NCBI GenBank assembly: GCA_043826565.1 | Contig: JBDRPX010000033.1 | Location: forward strand, 21,268-85,267 | Source: Candidatus Omnitrophota bacterium | GTDB lineage: Bacteria > Omnitrophota > Gorgyraeia > B26-G9 | Direction: 5' to 3' | DNA: 64,000 nt | Shown: piece after piece, positions 27,543 through 37,425 of the stretch | How the letters are laid out: each line of letters opens with the position of its first letter | How positions within the stretch are numbered: the first letter of the stretch is position 1 | Notes under the pieces: generated by a model | What the model was told of the DNA's origin: nothing | What the model saw: the letters and a program-made list of their open reading frames with translations, nothing else | The model's database searches: none | Position numbers and translations under genes: made by a program

Positions 27543-28328
27543 CTATACAGAATCTTTTTTACTCTTTATCTCCAGGATTTTCTTTTCCTTTGCGCTAAGA
27601 CTATCCATTCCCTCTCGGGATATCTTATCCAGAATATTGTCCACCTGGTGATCAAGATCAGCAATTTCCCGCTGCTTTTTTATCCCGAAAGGACTAAATG
27701 CCGCCATTTTAAATTTCAAAGCTTCGCTTTTTAAATACAAATATCCCAATACCCCTCCCCCAAGATGCGCGATATAGGCAATTCCACTGCCCGAAGAGGA
27801 TAATGCTCCCAAGAGATTAATCACCGCTAATACTATTGCAGCATGCTTCATCTTCATCGGGAAAATAAAAAACAGCAGAATAATATTATCCGGAAACATT
27901 AATGCATAGGCCACAAGCAATCCGAAAATTGCTCCGGAAGCACCAACTATCGGATACGGAGACCCAAACGAAAATAATACACTGCATAAACCTGCTCCGA
28001 TACCGGTAAAGAAATAATATTGTAAAAAACGCTTACTGCCCCAAATATTTTCGATTACCGAACCGAACATCCATAACATGAGCATATTCAGCACAAGATG
28101 CCATAATCCCGCATGAATAAACAAATAGGTTACCAGCTGCCAGATCCTAAATTTAAAAAAAACAGCGGAAGGAATTAATCCAAACAAAGCAATCCAATTA
28201 GTACTATTAAAAAGACTAAGCAATACAAAAATTACAACATTCACAACCACCAGAACTTTAACCGTCCCGTAAAAACCCGGCACGATATTAAAGCCGGAAT
28301 ATGAACTTCTCTGCCCAAAGATATTCAT
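27543..28328 (-). CDS. Rhomboid intramembrane serine protease
   Basis: WQLVTY.F.H, HL..NML.LW.FG, GASG, AHLGG; C-terminal VD.ILDKIS..G..SL domain. Confidence 0.93.
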   Translation of the reverse strand: MNIFGQRSSYSGFNIVPGFYGTVKVLVVVNVVIFVLLSLFNSTNWIALFGLIPSAVFFKFRIWQLVTYLFIHAGLWHLVLNMLMLWMFGSVIENIWGSKRFLQYYFFTGIGAGLCSVLFSFGSPYPIVGASGAIFGLLVAYALMFPDNIILLFFIFPMKMKHAAIVLAVINLLGALSSSGSGIAYIAHLGGGVLGYLYLKSEALKFKMAAFSPFGIKKQREIADLDHQVDNILDKISREGMDSLSAKEKKILEIKSKKDSV

Positions 28329-28331
28329 CGT

Positions 28332-28727
28332 TTATGCCCCTGAGATTAACTTCCTGATAGAATCCGGCGCTGCCTTTGGTTTAAATTCCTTATTTATACA
28401 AGCCCAGGTAACTTTTGCCTGCACGAGTAATTGTTCATTCCGCTTAATTGTTTGCACAAAAATAACTGAGGACCGGCCGACTTTTTCCAGCTTTGTATGT
28501 ACGCGGATAGTGTCCTGATAACGCGCCGGAGACTTATAACTGACCTCAATATTAACAATCGCGAATAAAGTCCCTTCGTCCATGAGCTTTTTCATGTCCA
28601 CGCCGTGATGTTTGCAAAATTCCGTGCGGGATTCTTCCATATATTTCAGATAATTAGCATAATACACTACTCCGCCGCAATCTGTATCATGATAGTAAAT
28701 GTTTTTTTCTATATAAAATTCTGCCAT
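28332..28727 (-). CDS. YbgC/FadM-family acyl-CoA thioesterase
   Basis: YYHDTDCGGVVYYANYLKYME.SR motif. Confidence 0.92.
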   Translation of the reverse strand: MAEFYIEKNIYYHDTDCGGVVYYANYLKYMEESRTEFCKHHGVDMKKLMDEGTLFAIVNIEVSYKSPARYQDTIRVHTKLEKVGRSSVIFVQTIKRNEQLLVQAKVTWACINKEFKPKAAPDSIRKLISGA

Positions 28728-28793
28728 TAAATTCTCCTTGCTAATCTTTTTCCCCTCACCCGTTCACCCTGCACCCTTTTTTGCCCCTTGACC

Positions 28794-29153
28794 TTATATT
28801 AACTTTTCCAACTTCTTATGATACCGCTGATAGCATTTTTCCATAATTTCATCCGCGGACATTCCCGCTTCCCGCAGTAATTCCAAACACAAAATCAAAA
28901 GATCACCGGTTTCGGTCAGATAATGCGGATTCTTTTCTTTATACAGCTCAGTGATTTCTTTGGCATGCTCCCGCACCAGCTCCAGCAATACTTCATTATG
29001 AACTTTCCCCCGCAGCTCATTCAATTTGACCGACTTAGCATGTATAATATTTATCTGCTCTTTTGCATAATCAGTCAATGATGTTTCTAATTTTTTTTGT
29101 TTTTGTCTATGGTCTATGGTCTGTGGTCTATAGTCTTTCAGATTATTCCCCAA
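28794..29153 (-). CDS. Hypothetical protein, possible MazG-like nucleotide pyrophosphohydrolase
   Basis: EH.KE...ETGDLL acidic helix motif; N-terminus partly encoded by a heptamer repeat, so the start is uncertain. Confidence 0.5.
   Translation of the reverse strand: MGNNLKDYRPQTIDHRQKQKKLETSLTDYAKEQINIIHAKSVKLNELRGKVHNEVLLELVREHAKEITELYKEKNPHYLTETGDLLILCLELLREAGMSADEIMEKCYQRYHKKLEKLI
29105..29136. repeat. GTCTATG heptamer array
   Basis: GTCTATG GTCTATG GTCTGTG GTCTATA GTCT. Confidence 0.75.
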
Positions 29154-30237
29154 AATATGTCCCCACCGAACGCGCCGATTGGATTAGCGGATGGTTTTCT
29201 GGAACAACTCTCGGCCCGTGTTCGGCAATTTTTTTCATAAAAACCGTTGTAAGAGAATCCCCTTTTATCGCCGCTGTGTAACCAAATTCTTTCCTGATTA
29301 CCATTTCCGCGGCTTTAGTTCCTAATCGCGTTGCCAATATCCGGTCAAACGGCGTAGGCGATCCGCCACGCTGTAAATGCCCAAGCACTACAGCCCGGCT
29401 TTCTAAGCCGGTTACTTTTTCGATCTGCTCAACCAACACAAACCCTACTCCGCCCAGACGAGCCTGGATAGTACTCTCTTCGACCATGCGCTGAATAACA
29501 ACTTTCCCGCCTTTGGGCTTGGCGCCTTCGGAAATTATAATAATCGTAAACTTTTTACCCTTGCGGTGCCGTTCCCGAACAACTTCGGCAATACCGTTAA
29601 TATTATAAGGCATTTCCGGAAGTAAAATTATATCTCCTCCGCCGGCAATCCCGGCATATAACGCGATCCATCCGGCAGTCCGGCCCATGACTTCGATAAT
29701 CATCACCCGGTGATGCGACTGGGCTGTGGTATGGATACGGTCAATCGCTTCCGTAGCAATAGTCACGGCACTATTAAAACCAAAAGTAACATCCGTCCCA
29801 TAAATATCATTGTCTATGGTTTTCGGCACTCCGACAACATTGATCCCGTCCTCCATAAGTTTAGAAGCAATTGTTAATGTTCCGTCACCGCCAATGCATA
29901 CCAGAGAATCCAGCTTCATCTTTTTTACGTTCTGTTTTACTTTCGCGACAACATTATTAAATTTCACTTTACCTTTTTCTTTTACTGCGTATTTATAAGG
30001 ATTAGCAATATTAGACGTACCCAAGATCGTCCCGCCTAAGGTAAGTATTCCGGAAACATCTTTATAATCAAGTTTCACATATTGATTATGGATAAGCCCT
30101 TCATACCCGTCTTTTATCCCGATGATCTCCGCGTCCTGTTCAATCATCAGTTTTTTAGCTACCGAACGGATTACCGCGTTTAATCCCGGACAATCACCGC
30201 CGGCCGTAAGAATACCCACTCTTAATTTTTTTGTCAT
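29143..30237 (-). CDS. pfkA: 6-phosphofructokinase (PfkA family, GGDG/PKTIDND type)
   Basis: TAGGDCPGLN, GGTILGT, IGGDGT, PKTIDND, EVMGR, LGHLQRGG. Confidence 0.93.
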   Translation of the reverse strand: MTKKLRVGILTAGGDCPGLNAVIRSVAKKLMIEQDAEIIGIKDGYEGLIHNQYVKLDYKDVSGILTLGGTILGTSNIANPYKYAVKEKGKVKFNNVVAKVKQNVKKMKLDSLVCIGGDGTLTIASKLMEDGINVVGVPKTIDNDIYGTDVTFGFNSAVTIATEAIDRIHTTAQSHHRVMIIEVMGRTAGWIALYAGIAGGGDIILLPEMPYNINGIAEVVRERHRKGKKFTIIIISEGAKPKGGKVVIQRMVEESTIQARLGGVGFVLVEQIEKVTGLESRAVVLGHLQRGGSPTPFDRILATRLGTKAAEMVIRKEFGYTAAIKGDSLTTVFMKKIAEHGPRVVPENHPLIQSARSVGTYFGE

Positions 30238-30258
30238 GATATAACCTCCATTTATTGC

Positions 30259-30282
30259 GGACAGGGCACGCCCTGTCCCTAC
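30259..30282 (-). repeat. GTAG-type REP
   Basis: Plus strand GGACAGGGC-AC-GCCCTGTCC-CTAC. Confidence 0.7.
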
Positions 30283-30328
30283 AGGATTATTTTAATTACA
30301 AATATATCTTTTGTTTTCTCATCTTTTT

Positions 30329-31576
30329 CTATGGACTATTGACCATTGACTTTTTAATCGCCTCAATTCTTTTTAGCACCGGCGGATGGCTATAATATAA
30401 AAACACTTTTAACGGATGCGGCGTCAGATTAGACAGATTATCCACACTTAACTTTTTTAGAGCTTGAACGAAAGCTCCCGGTTTCTTAAACGTAGTCACC
30501 GCGAAACGATCGGCTTCATACTCATGCTTACGGGAAATACAGCTTTCCAGAATTGAAATCAGCATATTTATCGGAGTATACAGAAATCCAAAAAATATCA
30601 AACTGGCATAAATTGATAGGTGCTCCATTTTAAATGCCGCGAATAATCCCTTATTATTTAAGAAAAATGATAAGATGAAAAACATCAGGCCGGTAGTAAA
30701 AAATGACATTATCAACCCTTTGATTATATGTTTCTTTTTATAATGGCCTATTTCATGGGCTAATACTGATACTAATTCCTCAACTGTGTGTTTAGCAATT
30801 AAGGTATCAAAAAGAGCAATCCTTCTAAATTTCCCAAACCCGGTAAAAAACGCATTTGATTTTGTCGACCGGCGGGAACCGTCCATTTTAAACACACCCT
30901 GCATTTTAAAATTCTGCTCTTTCGCGTAATCTTCCAAAGTCTGCTTTAATTGGCCGTCTTCTAAGGGAATAAATTTGTTAAATAAAGGCATGATCACTAC
31001 CGGCGCAATAAAGATCAAAGATATCTGAAAAAGCATCAAGGAGATCCAGCAATGTACCCAGGCCATATCTCCGGCTTTGGCGAAAAACCATAATATTCCG
31101 GCAAAAACAATACTTCCGATAATTGCCCCCAGAACCAGGCTTTTGATCAGATCCAAAATAAATGTCCGGGCCGTAGTTTTATTAAATCCGTATCTTTCTT
31201 CGATCACAAATGTATGGTATAGAGAAAAAGGGATATTCAATACCTGAGACAGCAGCATTAATATCCCGGCAAAGATCAAGCCGGTAACAATCGGCCCAAG
31301 ATCAAATCCGCGCGCTAAATTATCCACAAAATTAAATCCGCCGAACAAAATAAAGATCACGGTGACAATAGTAAAAAAAGTATCTTCAACAATCCCGAAT
31401 CCGGTATTATCTTTTAAATATTTTTGCGATTTACTGTACTTTTCCGCATCATAACATTCTTTAAATTCATCCGGAAGCTCAGTAGTCACATGCCGGACAT
31501 TCAAAGTCTCCACAATAACATTAAGAACATACTTAAATAAAAGTATCGTAATAATCGCCGCTAAATATCCGTTCAT
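30329..31576 (-). CDS. M48 family (Ste24-like) zinc metalloprotease
   Basis: GFNKTT, DGSRRS..SNAFFTG, HEIGH, EYEADRFA, YSHPP..RI. Confidence 0.95.
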   Translation of the reverse strand: MNGYLAAIITILLFKYVLNVIVETLNVRHVTTELPDEFKECYDAEKYSKSQKYLKDNTGFGIVEDTFFTIVTVIFILFGGFNFVDNLARGFDLGPIVTGLIFAGILMLLSQVLNIPFSLYHTFVIEERYGFNKTTARTFILDLIKSLVLGAIIGSIVFAGILWFFAKAGDMAWVHCWISLMLFQISLIFIAPVVIMPLFNKFIPLEDGQLKQTLEDYAKEQNFKMQGVFKMDGSRRSTKSNAFFTGFGKFRRIALFDTLIAKHTVEELVSVLAHEIGHYKKKHIIKGLIMSFFTTGLMFFILSFFLNNKGLFAAFKMEHLSIYASLIFFGFLYTPINMLISILESCISRKHEYEADRFAVTTFKKPGAFVQALKKLSVDNLSNLTPHPLKVFLYYSHPPVLKRIEAIKKSMVNSP

Positions 31577-31612
31577 CTGGCAATCTCTTTCTCTGGTTAC
31601 TGGTTACTTTTT

Positions 31613-32377
31613 TTAAAAAACGAGCGTAATCCCTACCGGACAATGGTCCGAACCTAATACATCTTTCATTATAAACGCATCGCTTAATTTATCAATAGAC
31701 TGCTTATTAATAAAAAAATAATCTATTCTCCAGCCGATATCCCTTTCCCGGGCCTTGGTCTTATAATCCCACCAACTGTAATGCCCCCCGTCTTTGGCAA
31801 ATTCACGAAAGGTATCCACATATCCCATATCAATAAATTCATCTATTAAAACACGCTCTTGCGGCAAAAACCCGGAATTATTGCTATTCTCTTTCGGCCG
31901 GGACAGATCAAGCTCTCTATGCGCAGTATTAAAGTCACCGCAAACCAGAATCGGCTTTTGTGTTTTCATCCTGGTTAGATATTTAAAAAATTCCCGGTAA
32001 AAATCAAGTTTAAAAGCAAGACGCTGTTCATTCATTCCGCCATTAGGGAAATATATATTAAGCAGAATAAATTTTTCAAACTCCAGCTGTAATACCCGGC
32101 CTTCAGAATCAAACAACTTATTTCCAAATCCATACCGCACATCGAGCGGTTTTTCCCGGGAAAATATAGCTACCCCGCTGTATCCTTTTTTTTCCGCCTG
32201 GTTCCAGCAGGCATAATATCCCTGGGGATTTTTTAAAACCTCACTAAGCTGGTCGGGGTGCGCTTTGGTTTCCTGCACCGCCAAAAGAAAAGGTTTTTCT
32301 TTTAAGAACCATTCCCGAAAACCTTTTTTTTCAACCGCTCTAATCCCGTTAACATTCCAAGATAATAACTTATACAT
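31613..32377 (-). CDS. xth: Exodeoxyribonuclease III
   Basis: SWNVNGIRA, QETK, GYSGVA, YFPNG, GDFN.AH, GWRIDYF, GSDHCP. Confidence 0.96.
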   Translation of the reverse strand: MYKLLSWNVNGIRAVEKKGFREWFLKEKPFLLAVQETKAHPDQLSEVLKNPQGYYACWNQAEKKGYSGVAIFSREKPLDVRYGFGNKLFDSEGRVLQLEFEKFILLNIYFPNGGMNEQRLAFKLDFYREFFKYLTRMKTQKPILVCGDFNTAHRELDLSRPKENSNNSGFLPQERVLIDEFIDMGYVDTFREFAKDGGHYSWWDYKTKARERDIGWRIDYFFINKQSIDKLSDAFIMKDVLGSDHCPVGITLVF

Positions 32378-32394
32378 ATTTATTTTCTCGTCCC

Positions 32395-32420
32395 GGGCCG
32401 GGACAAGCCGCGGCCCCTAC
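32395..32420 (-). repeat. GTAG-type REP
   Basis: Plus strand GGGCCG..CGGCCC-CTAC. Confidence 0.7.
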
Positions 32421-32436
32421 CGGACATTTTATCCCA

Positions 32437-33216
32437 CTACTCCGCCGCAGGCGGGCTGTATTCCTTCATTAATAACTTATAACCAATTCCTCCGGTACCT
32501 TCAATGCGCAAAGGCACACGATACTTATCCGCACTTATCCAAATTTTTATCTGCTTTGGCTGGCTTTCAAAATAGTAAGCTTTAAATTCTCCTCCCGGAA
32601 CTTTTATGGCCTGGAAATCAACAAAGAAAATCTCAAAATCACGCTGCGGAAGATTAGCCTTAAAAGACCACCCAGGTTCAATCTCCCCGTAATTTCTGGC
32701 GTAATAAGGCAAAAGAATCGCGTTATTGATCGGCTTATCTTTTTTAATAATTTCCGTACTTTTCCCGAATCTTTTTTTAGTAATCTTTAGGATGAACTTT
32801 TCCTGATCATATTCTTCATCTATATATTCCTGCTTCAATAAACGTGATATTTTACGCTCTACTAAATACGGCAGGAATGTTTCCGGATCACAATATATTG
32901 TTTCCCGGTCACGAAAACGCACAAGTTCGGTAAGAAAACTGATCACATTTACTTTTTTCCCGTTAAGCTCAGTTACTTCAAGATGCTGATAAGTCGCTTG
33001 TCCTAAGCGGAGCTTTCCCATCATCACATCAAATACTATCTTCTCACCGACACGGGAAAGCTCTTTTTTCTCTTTCACGGCCACCGGCTTTTCTTCCTCG
33101 ATATTAGGTACCTGCCAATGCGGTGAATAATAAAGATATGCAAACACCCACAAGGTGACAAATAATAGAAACCACAGTTTAGCTCTTCTTCTAGACAGAT
33201 GAATGCGATACCCCAT
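32437..33216 (-). CDS. DUF3108-like exported protein
   Basis: N-terminal TM segment; GEKI.FDV, IKVPGGEF.A, IWIS.D..RVPLRI patterns. Confidence 0.65.
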   Translation of the reverse strand: MGYRIHLSRRRAKLWFLLFVTLWVFAYLYYSPHWQVPNIEEEKPVAVKEKKELSRVGEKIVFDVMMGKLRLGQATYQHLEVTELNGKKVNVISFLTELVRFRDRETIYCDPETFLPYLVERKISRLLKQEYIDEEYDQEKFILKITKKRFGKSTEIIKKDKPINNAILLPYYARNYGEIEPGWSFKANLPQRDFEIFFVDFQAIKVPGGEFKAYYFESQPKQIKIWISADKYRVPLRIEGTGGIGYKLLMKEYSPPAAE

Positions 33217-34864
33217 TACTAATATCTCCCTTTGTTTTCTTTGCCATAAAAAATAAAATAATAACCGGAATGAATACAGCCAACATTACAATTGCCCCGG
33301 AAGCAGTAAAATATAGATTATGTGATCTAAGCAGCGGCAATCCGCCCAATACCGCGTCAATAACAAAATGAGTGATTAAAACAGTTTCCAGCCCATATTT
33401 CACATATACAATACCAAATACAATACCGGCAATAGTAAGCTCTATCCCTCTTACATATGCCGGAAATACCGGATAATTAGAATGGGCAAACGCCCAGATA
33501 ACTGCCGGCAGTAAAATCCCCAGCCAAGTAAGCTTAAAACACTTTTTGAAAAAAGAAATTGAGAACATCCGGAACATAAATTCTTCACTCACTGCCGCAG
33601 TCACCGCGAGAGTAAGCGGAAATAAAAACGGCAATGCCGTGCCTAAAATATTTGAGTACTCAACTTCCGGCGGCATCCAGATATGAAAAAATTTCCTGCC
33701 GACCAAATAGAAAATAGTAATATATCCCAAGAATAGAAAAGCCAGGCAATAGCCGGTAATAATCGGGCTAAAAACCTCCGCGCTTTTAAACTCTTTCTTT
33801 TTTAGCGCCTCAAGTAAAGGGAACCTGCGGCTCCAGACCTCCCGGGATAAGGCTTCTCCGGAAGCCCAAAAAAGAAAAATCACCAAACCGGAAACCAATG
33901 ATCCGATTAACGCGGCGGCCGCGGAGATCACAACAAAAATATTCTTGCTCATTGTATCCGGATATGAAGTCCATAACAGCGGGATACTATTGACAAAAGC
34001 AATTATTGCCAATAACGCTACCCCTGCCCCCCAAGCCAGACCGGGCTTCCAGCTTACATTATCTTTTTTAAATTGGATTATCATCACAACCAGAGCGCTA
34101 ATCCCCAGCACAAACATAAAAATAACCGTGAGTATGGACAATACCTGTCCGTAGGACAGATCTTTCTGCAAATCCCGGATAAAGTCTTCGGGTATTTTTA
34201 GATACCGGCCGAAATATCCCAGTTTATCCCCATATATATTAGCACTCACGATAAGTGTGGCATCGCCGATTGTGTAATCTTTCTTTTCCCAGGAAAAAGA
34301 ATAATCAGTTCTGTTCTTTTGCTCTTTATTTATATTTTCTTTTACTTTATAAACTTCAAGATCAATACCCTGAGAAAGGACTTTCTGCTCGGCGATCTTT
34401 TTTGCCTGCTCAAGCGTTAGATTAGCTCCCTGGGCATCATCTAAAACAGCATATTGAAAATGGACTATTTCCCCGGTTGCCGGATCAATATAAACGGAAA
34501 ACCCGTCTTTTTGGAGTTCTTTAAACCAGCGCACCTGCCAGAACCACATGGGAACGCCCTGCCGGATAAGTTGATTCGCTTTGGCAATCCCCTGCGTCTT
34601 TTGCAGATAAATCGAAGCATAATAATCTGAGTCAAATACAATTGTCCGGTCAAAACCTTCCAACTGAAAACCTTGTTCGGTAACAAATTCCGTTGCTTTT
34701 TCAATTACCTCTTCCTTACTCAATCTTAAATCAATTGAAGCAGTCGGAAAGGCCTGATTGAAAAACATAATAAATACAACCAAACCGGTAATTCCCGCCA
34801 ATATCCAGGCAATAAGAGATTTTTTACTATTTTTGTTCATAATAATATTACTATTCTCCTTCAT
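33191..34864 (-). CDS. CPBP-family (CAAX/Abi) intramembrane metalloprotease with extracytoplasmic N-domain
   Basis: EE.MFR, WAFAH, H...D motifs in the C-terminal TM region. Confidence 0.85.
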   Translation of the reverse strand: MKENSNIIMNKNSKKSLIAWILAGITGLVVFIMFFNQAFPTASIDLRLSKEEVIEKATEFVTEQGFQLEGFDRTIVFDSDYYASIYLQKTQGIAKANQLIRQGVPMWFWQVRWFKELQKDGFSVYIDPATGEIVHFQYAVLDDAQGANLTLEQAKKIAEQKVLSQGIDLEVYKVKENINKEQKNRTDYSFSWEKKDYTIGDATLIVSANIYGDKLGYFGRYLKIPEDFIRDLQKDLSYGQVLSILTVIFMFVLGISALVVMIIQFKKDNVSWKPGLAWGAGVALLAIIAFVNSIPLLWTSYPDTMSKNIFVVISAAAALIGSLVSGLVIFLFWASGEALSREVWSRRFPLLEALKKKEFKSAEVFSPIITGYCLAFLFLGYITIFYLVGRKFFHIWMPPEVEYSNILGTALPFLFPLTLAVTAAVSEEFMFRMFSISFFKKCFKLTWLGILLPAVIWAFAHSNYPVFPAYVRGIELTIAGIVFGIVYVKYGLETVLITHFVIDAVLGGLPLLRSHNLYFTASGAIVMLAVFIPVIILFFMAKKTKGDISNGVSHSSV

Positions 34865-34868
34865 TTCT

Positions 34869-35774
34869 TTAATTCAAGTCAACCGAATGCGCAAGTCTAT
34901 ACTTTCCGCCTTTGCCATCATCACGATAAATATCAACAATAATTCTAGAAGAAAAAATCCTCACTTTAAGAAAAGTACTTCTGACTCCCGGATCGCCCAG
35001 ACCGCGGGAATGCCCCGCATCTATTTGCCACAATCCATTAATTTTAGCATACGAGGTGTTATGAGTATGGCCACAGATATAAGCCGTGACATTATATTTA
35101 CGCAAAAGCTCTTGAAAGCGCTGGTTATTATCGGGATGCGCATCAAGTGAATCCCCAATATGTTTGCTTCTGCCATTATCGACATCCGGTATTGACACAA
35201 ACGGTTCATGCCCGAAAACAAAAATTAACGGCTTGCGATTTTCACTTAAGTCATTTTTAAGCCACTCATATAACACATCAACAATGTCCCCATCTGTTCC
35301 GGTATCAGAATTTCCATCGTAATATTGATTAAGCATTATAAAATGCGCATTACGAAAATCAAAAGAATACGTTGTTTCTTCTCCGTTAATCGGCCCCCTG
35401 CGCACAAGATTAGGGATATCCCCGCTACCCCAGTTTCGTAACCAGGCCATATCTTCCAGCTTCGCTGCCTCATGATTACCTACACCCGGGTACCATACAT
35501 AGTCATTACCCAGAACTTTATCAATAATTTTATCAACATCACAAGGGGGATCTTCATCTCCCGTGATCACCATGAAGCTACCCTTTCCCACTTTGAGAAT
35601 TGCCTGAGATACCCCTCTAAAGTATTCCGTCGTCTGGTAAGCAGGGCCGGCATATTTCCTCATATCAGCAGTAACGATAAAGGAAAAAGGTTCCTTATCA
35701 AAACCCTCATGAGAACTACAGCTTGAAATTAAAACTAAAAAAATCAATAATCCTAGTTTTAAATAAATTTTCAT
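34869..35774 (-). CDS. Calcineurin-like metallophosphoesterase lipoprotein
   Basis: Lipobox ISSC; AD, TGD, GNHE, GHEP, CGHTH motifs. Confidence 0.88.
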   Translation of the reverse strand: MKIYLKLGLLIFLVLISSCSSHEGFDKEPFSFIVTADMRKYAGPAYQTTEYFRGVSQAILKVGKGSFMVITGDEDPPCDVDKIIDKVLGNDYVWYPGVGNHEAAKLEDMAWLRNWGSGDIPNLVRRGPINGEETTYSFDFRNAHFIMLNQYYDGNSDTGTDGDIVDVLYEWLKNDLSENRKPLIFVFGHEPFVSIPDVDNGRSKHIGDSLDAHPDNNQRFQELLRKYNVTAYICGHTHNTSYAKINGLWQIDAGHSRGLGDPGVRSTFLKVRIFSSRIIVDIYRDDGKGGKYRLAHSVDLN

Positions 35775-35830
35775 ATCTTAGTATCCAACCATATCGTTAC
35801 CGGACCGTCATTAATAAGCTCTACCCGCAT
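35771..35830 (-). pseudogene. dtd: C-terminal relic of D-aminoacyl-tRNA deacylase
   Basis: Manual translation MRVELINDGPVTIWLDTKI* carries the Dtd C-terminal NDGPVT signature; its stop overlaps the next ATG (ATGA). Confidence 0.75.
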
Positions 35831-35836
35831 ATAATT

Positions 35837-37282
35837 CTATACCCTGCTCTGCGCCGCCCCGGAAGAACATTCTTTAGAGCAAGCACAACTGCCGCCGATC
35901 CAGCAATATAGACAAAGCTTTTCCCTAGGCAATCCCACCGCAGCCACTAAGTCTTCTACTGTCTGGTAACGTAATGTCGTAACCTTCAGATCTTTCGCGA
36001 TCCAATCCATCATCTTTTCGTATTTTTCAGTTGTATGATCAATATACTCAGACACATCTTCAATGTCTTTGCCTTCGATATCGCGAATTGCTCTGCGCGC
36101 GACAAGCTCGGTTAAAGTACGCGTAGAAAGATTATATTTGCAGGGAAACATTAATGGCGGACATGCCGGGCGCACATGAATTTCTTTTGCTCCGGCGTCC
36201 CAAAGTTTTTTAACCGTAAAATTCTTGAGCTGGGTGCCGCGAACTATGGAATCCTCACAAACAACTATCCGGTTGGTATTAATAATATCCTTTATCGGAA
36301 TAAGTTTCATTGTCGCAATCAGATCTCTGGTCTCTTGAGACGGAGGGGTGTAGCTTCGGCCGTAACCGGGAGTATATTTAATAAGCGGCCGGCGATACGG
36401 TTTTCCTGACTCCATAGCATACCCGATAGCATGAGCACTGCCGGAATCCGGCACTCCGGAAACCACATCAATTTCTATATCTTTGTCCCGCTTTGCCAAA
36501 AATGCGCCGCTGCGCTCTCTGACAACCTCGACATTAATGCCTTCATAGCTTGATGCCGGAAATCCCGTATAAATCCACAAAAAAGTGCAAATCTGCTGAT
36601 CCTGCCTTCCGGAGTTTTTAGTATCCATTCCGTTTTCTTTAATTAGCACAACCTCTCCGGGATTAAGATATTTAACTATTTCAAAACCCGTATTCGGGAA
36701 AGCGCAGGTCTCCGTAGTTACTGCCCAAGCGTCATTTTTCTTTCCGACAATAAGCGGCATATATCCAACCCGGTCCCGGGCAGCGTAAACACCGTCTTTA
36801 TTTAGTAAAAGCAGGGAGCAGGATCCTTCTATAGAGGAAAACATCTTATCAATACCATCAACAATATCTTTACCTTGATTAATCAGCTTTGATACTAATT
36901 CCGTGGCATTTACTCTGCCTTTACTTACTTCACTAAAAGAAATCCCCTGAGCTAATAAATCATCTACCAATTTATCAATATTATCAATAAATCCGGTAGT
37001 AACTATAAAGAAAGGCCCAAATTTGGAATTTAAATAGATCGGCTGCTCATCAAGATCACTGATTGCCCCGATCCCCTTATTGCCCGGCATATGTTTGGAA
37101 TCTTCGTAAAATTTAGATTTAAACTGGCTTTTACTTATATTATGTATCTGGCGATTAAATCCATCCTCACCATAAATTGCCATTCCTCCATATTCTGTTC
37201 CCAAATGAGAATGGTAATCTGTTCCATACAATAAGTCTCCAGCACAATCTTTCTTTGACACTATCCCAAAAATTCCACTCAT
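35837..37282 (-). CDS. purF: Amidophosphoribosyltransferase (atypical, Ser at the N-terminal nucleophile position)
   Basis: Ntn domain plus VPDSG, EDSIVRGTQ PRPP loop, CPP..FPC, LC.YCW; begins MSGIFG. Confidence 0.9.
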   Translation of the reverse strand: MSGIFGIVSKKDCAGDLLYGTDYHSHLGTEYGGMAIYGEDGFNRQIHNISKSQFKSKFYEDSKHMPGNKGIGAISDLDEQPIYLNSKFGPFFIVTTGFIDNIDKLVDDLLAQGISFSEVSKGRVNATELVSKLINQGKDIVDGIDKMFSSIEGSCSLLLLNKDGVYAARDRVGYMPLIVGKKNDAWAVTTETCAFPNTGFEIVKYLNPGEVVLIKENGMDTKNSGRQDQQICTFLWIYTGFPASSYEGINVEVVRERSGAFLAKRDKDIEIDVVSGVPDSGSAHAIGYAMESGKPYRRPLIKYTPGYGRSYTPPSQETRDLIATMKLIPIKDIINTNRIVVCEDSIVRGTQLKNFTVKKLWDAGAKEIHVRPACPPLMFPCKYNLSTRTLTELVARRAIRDIEGKDIEDVSEYIDHTTEKYEKMMDWIAKDLKVTTLRYQTVEDLVAAVGLPREKLCLYCWIGGSCACSKECSSGAAQSRV

Positions 37283-37425
37283 AAATACCTCCTTTAGATA
37301 AAAACAGACAGGAAAAACAGTATTGTATTAGGTTTATAATTATAACTCTAATCGTAAGGAAAAACCAGAAAAAATCTATTTAAATTATTGTGAAATTTTA
37401 ATATGTATGCTATAGTAAAAAAACT

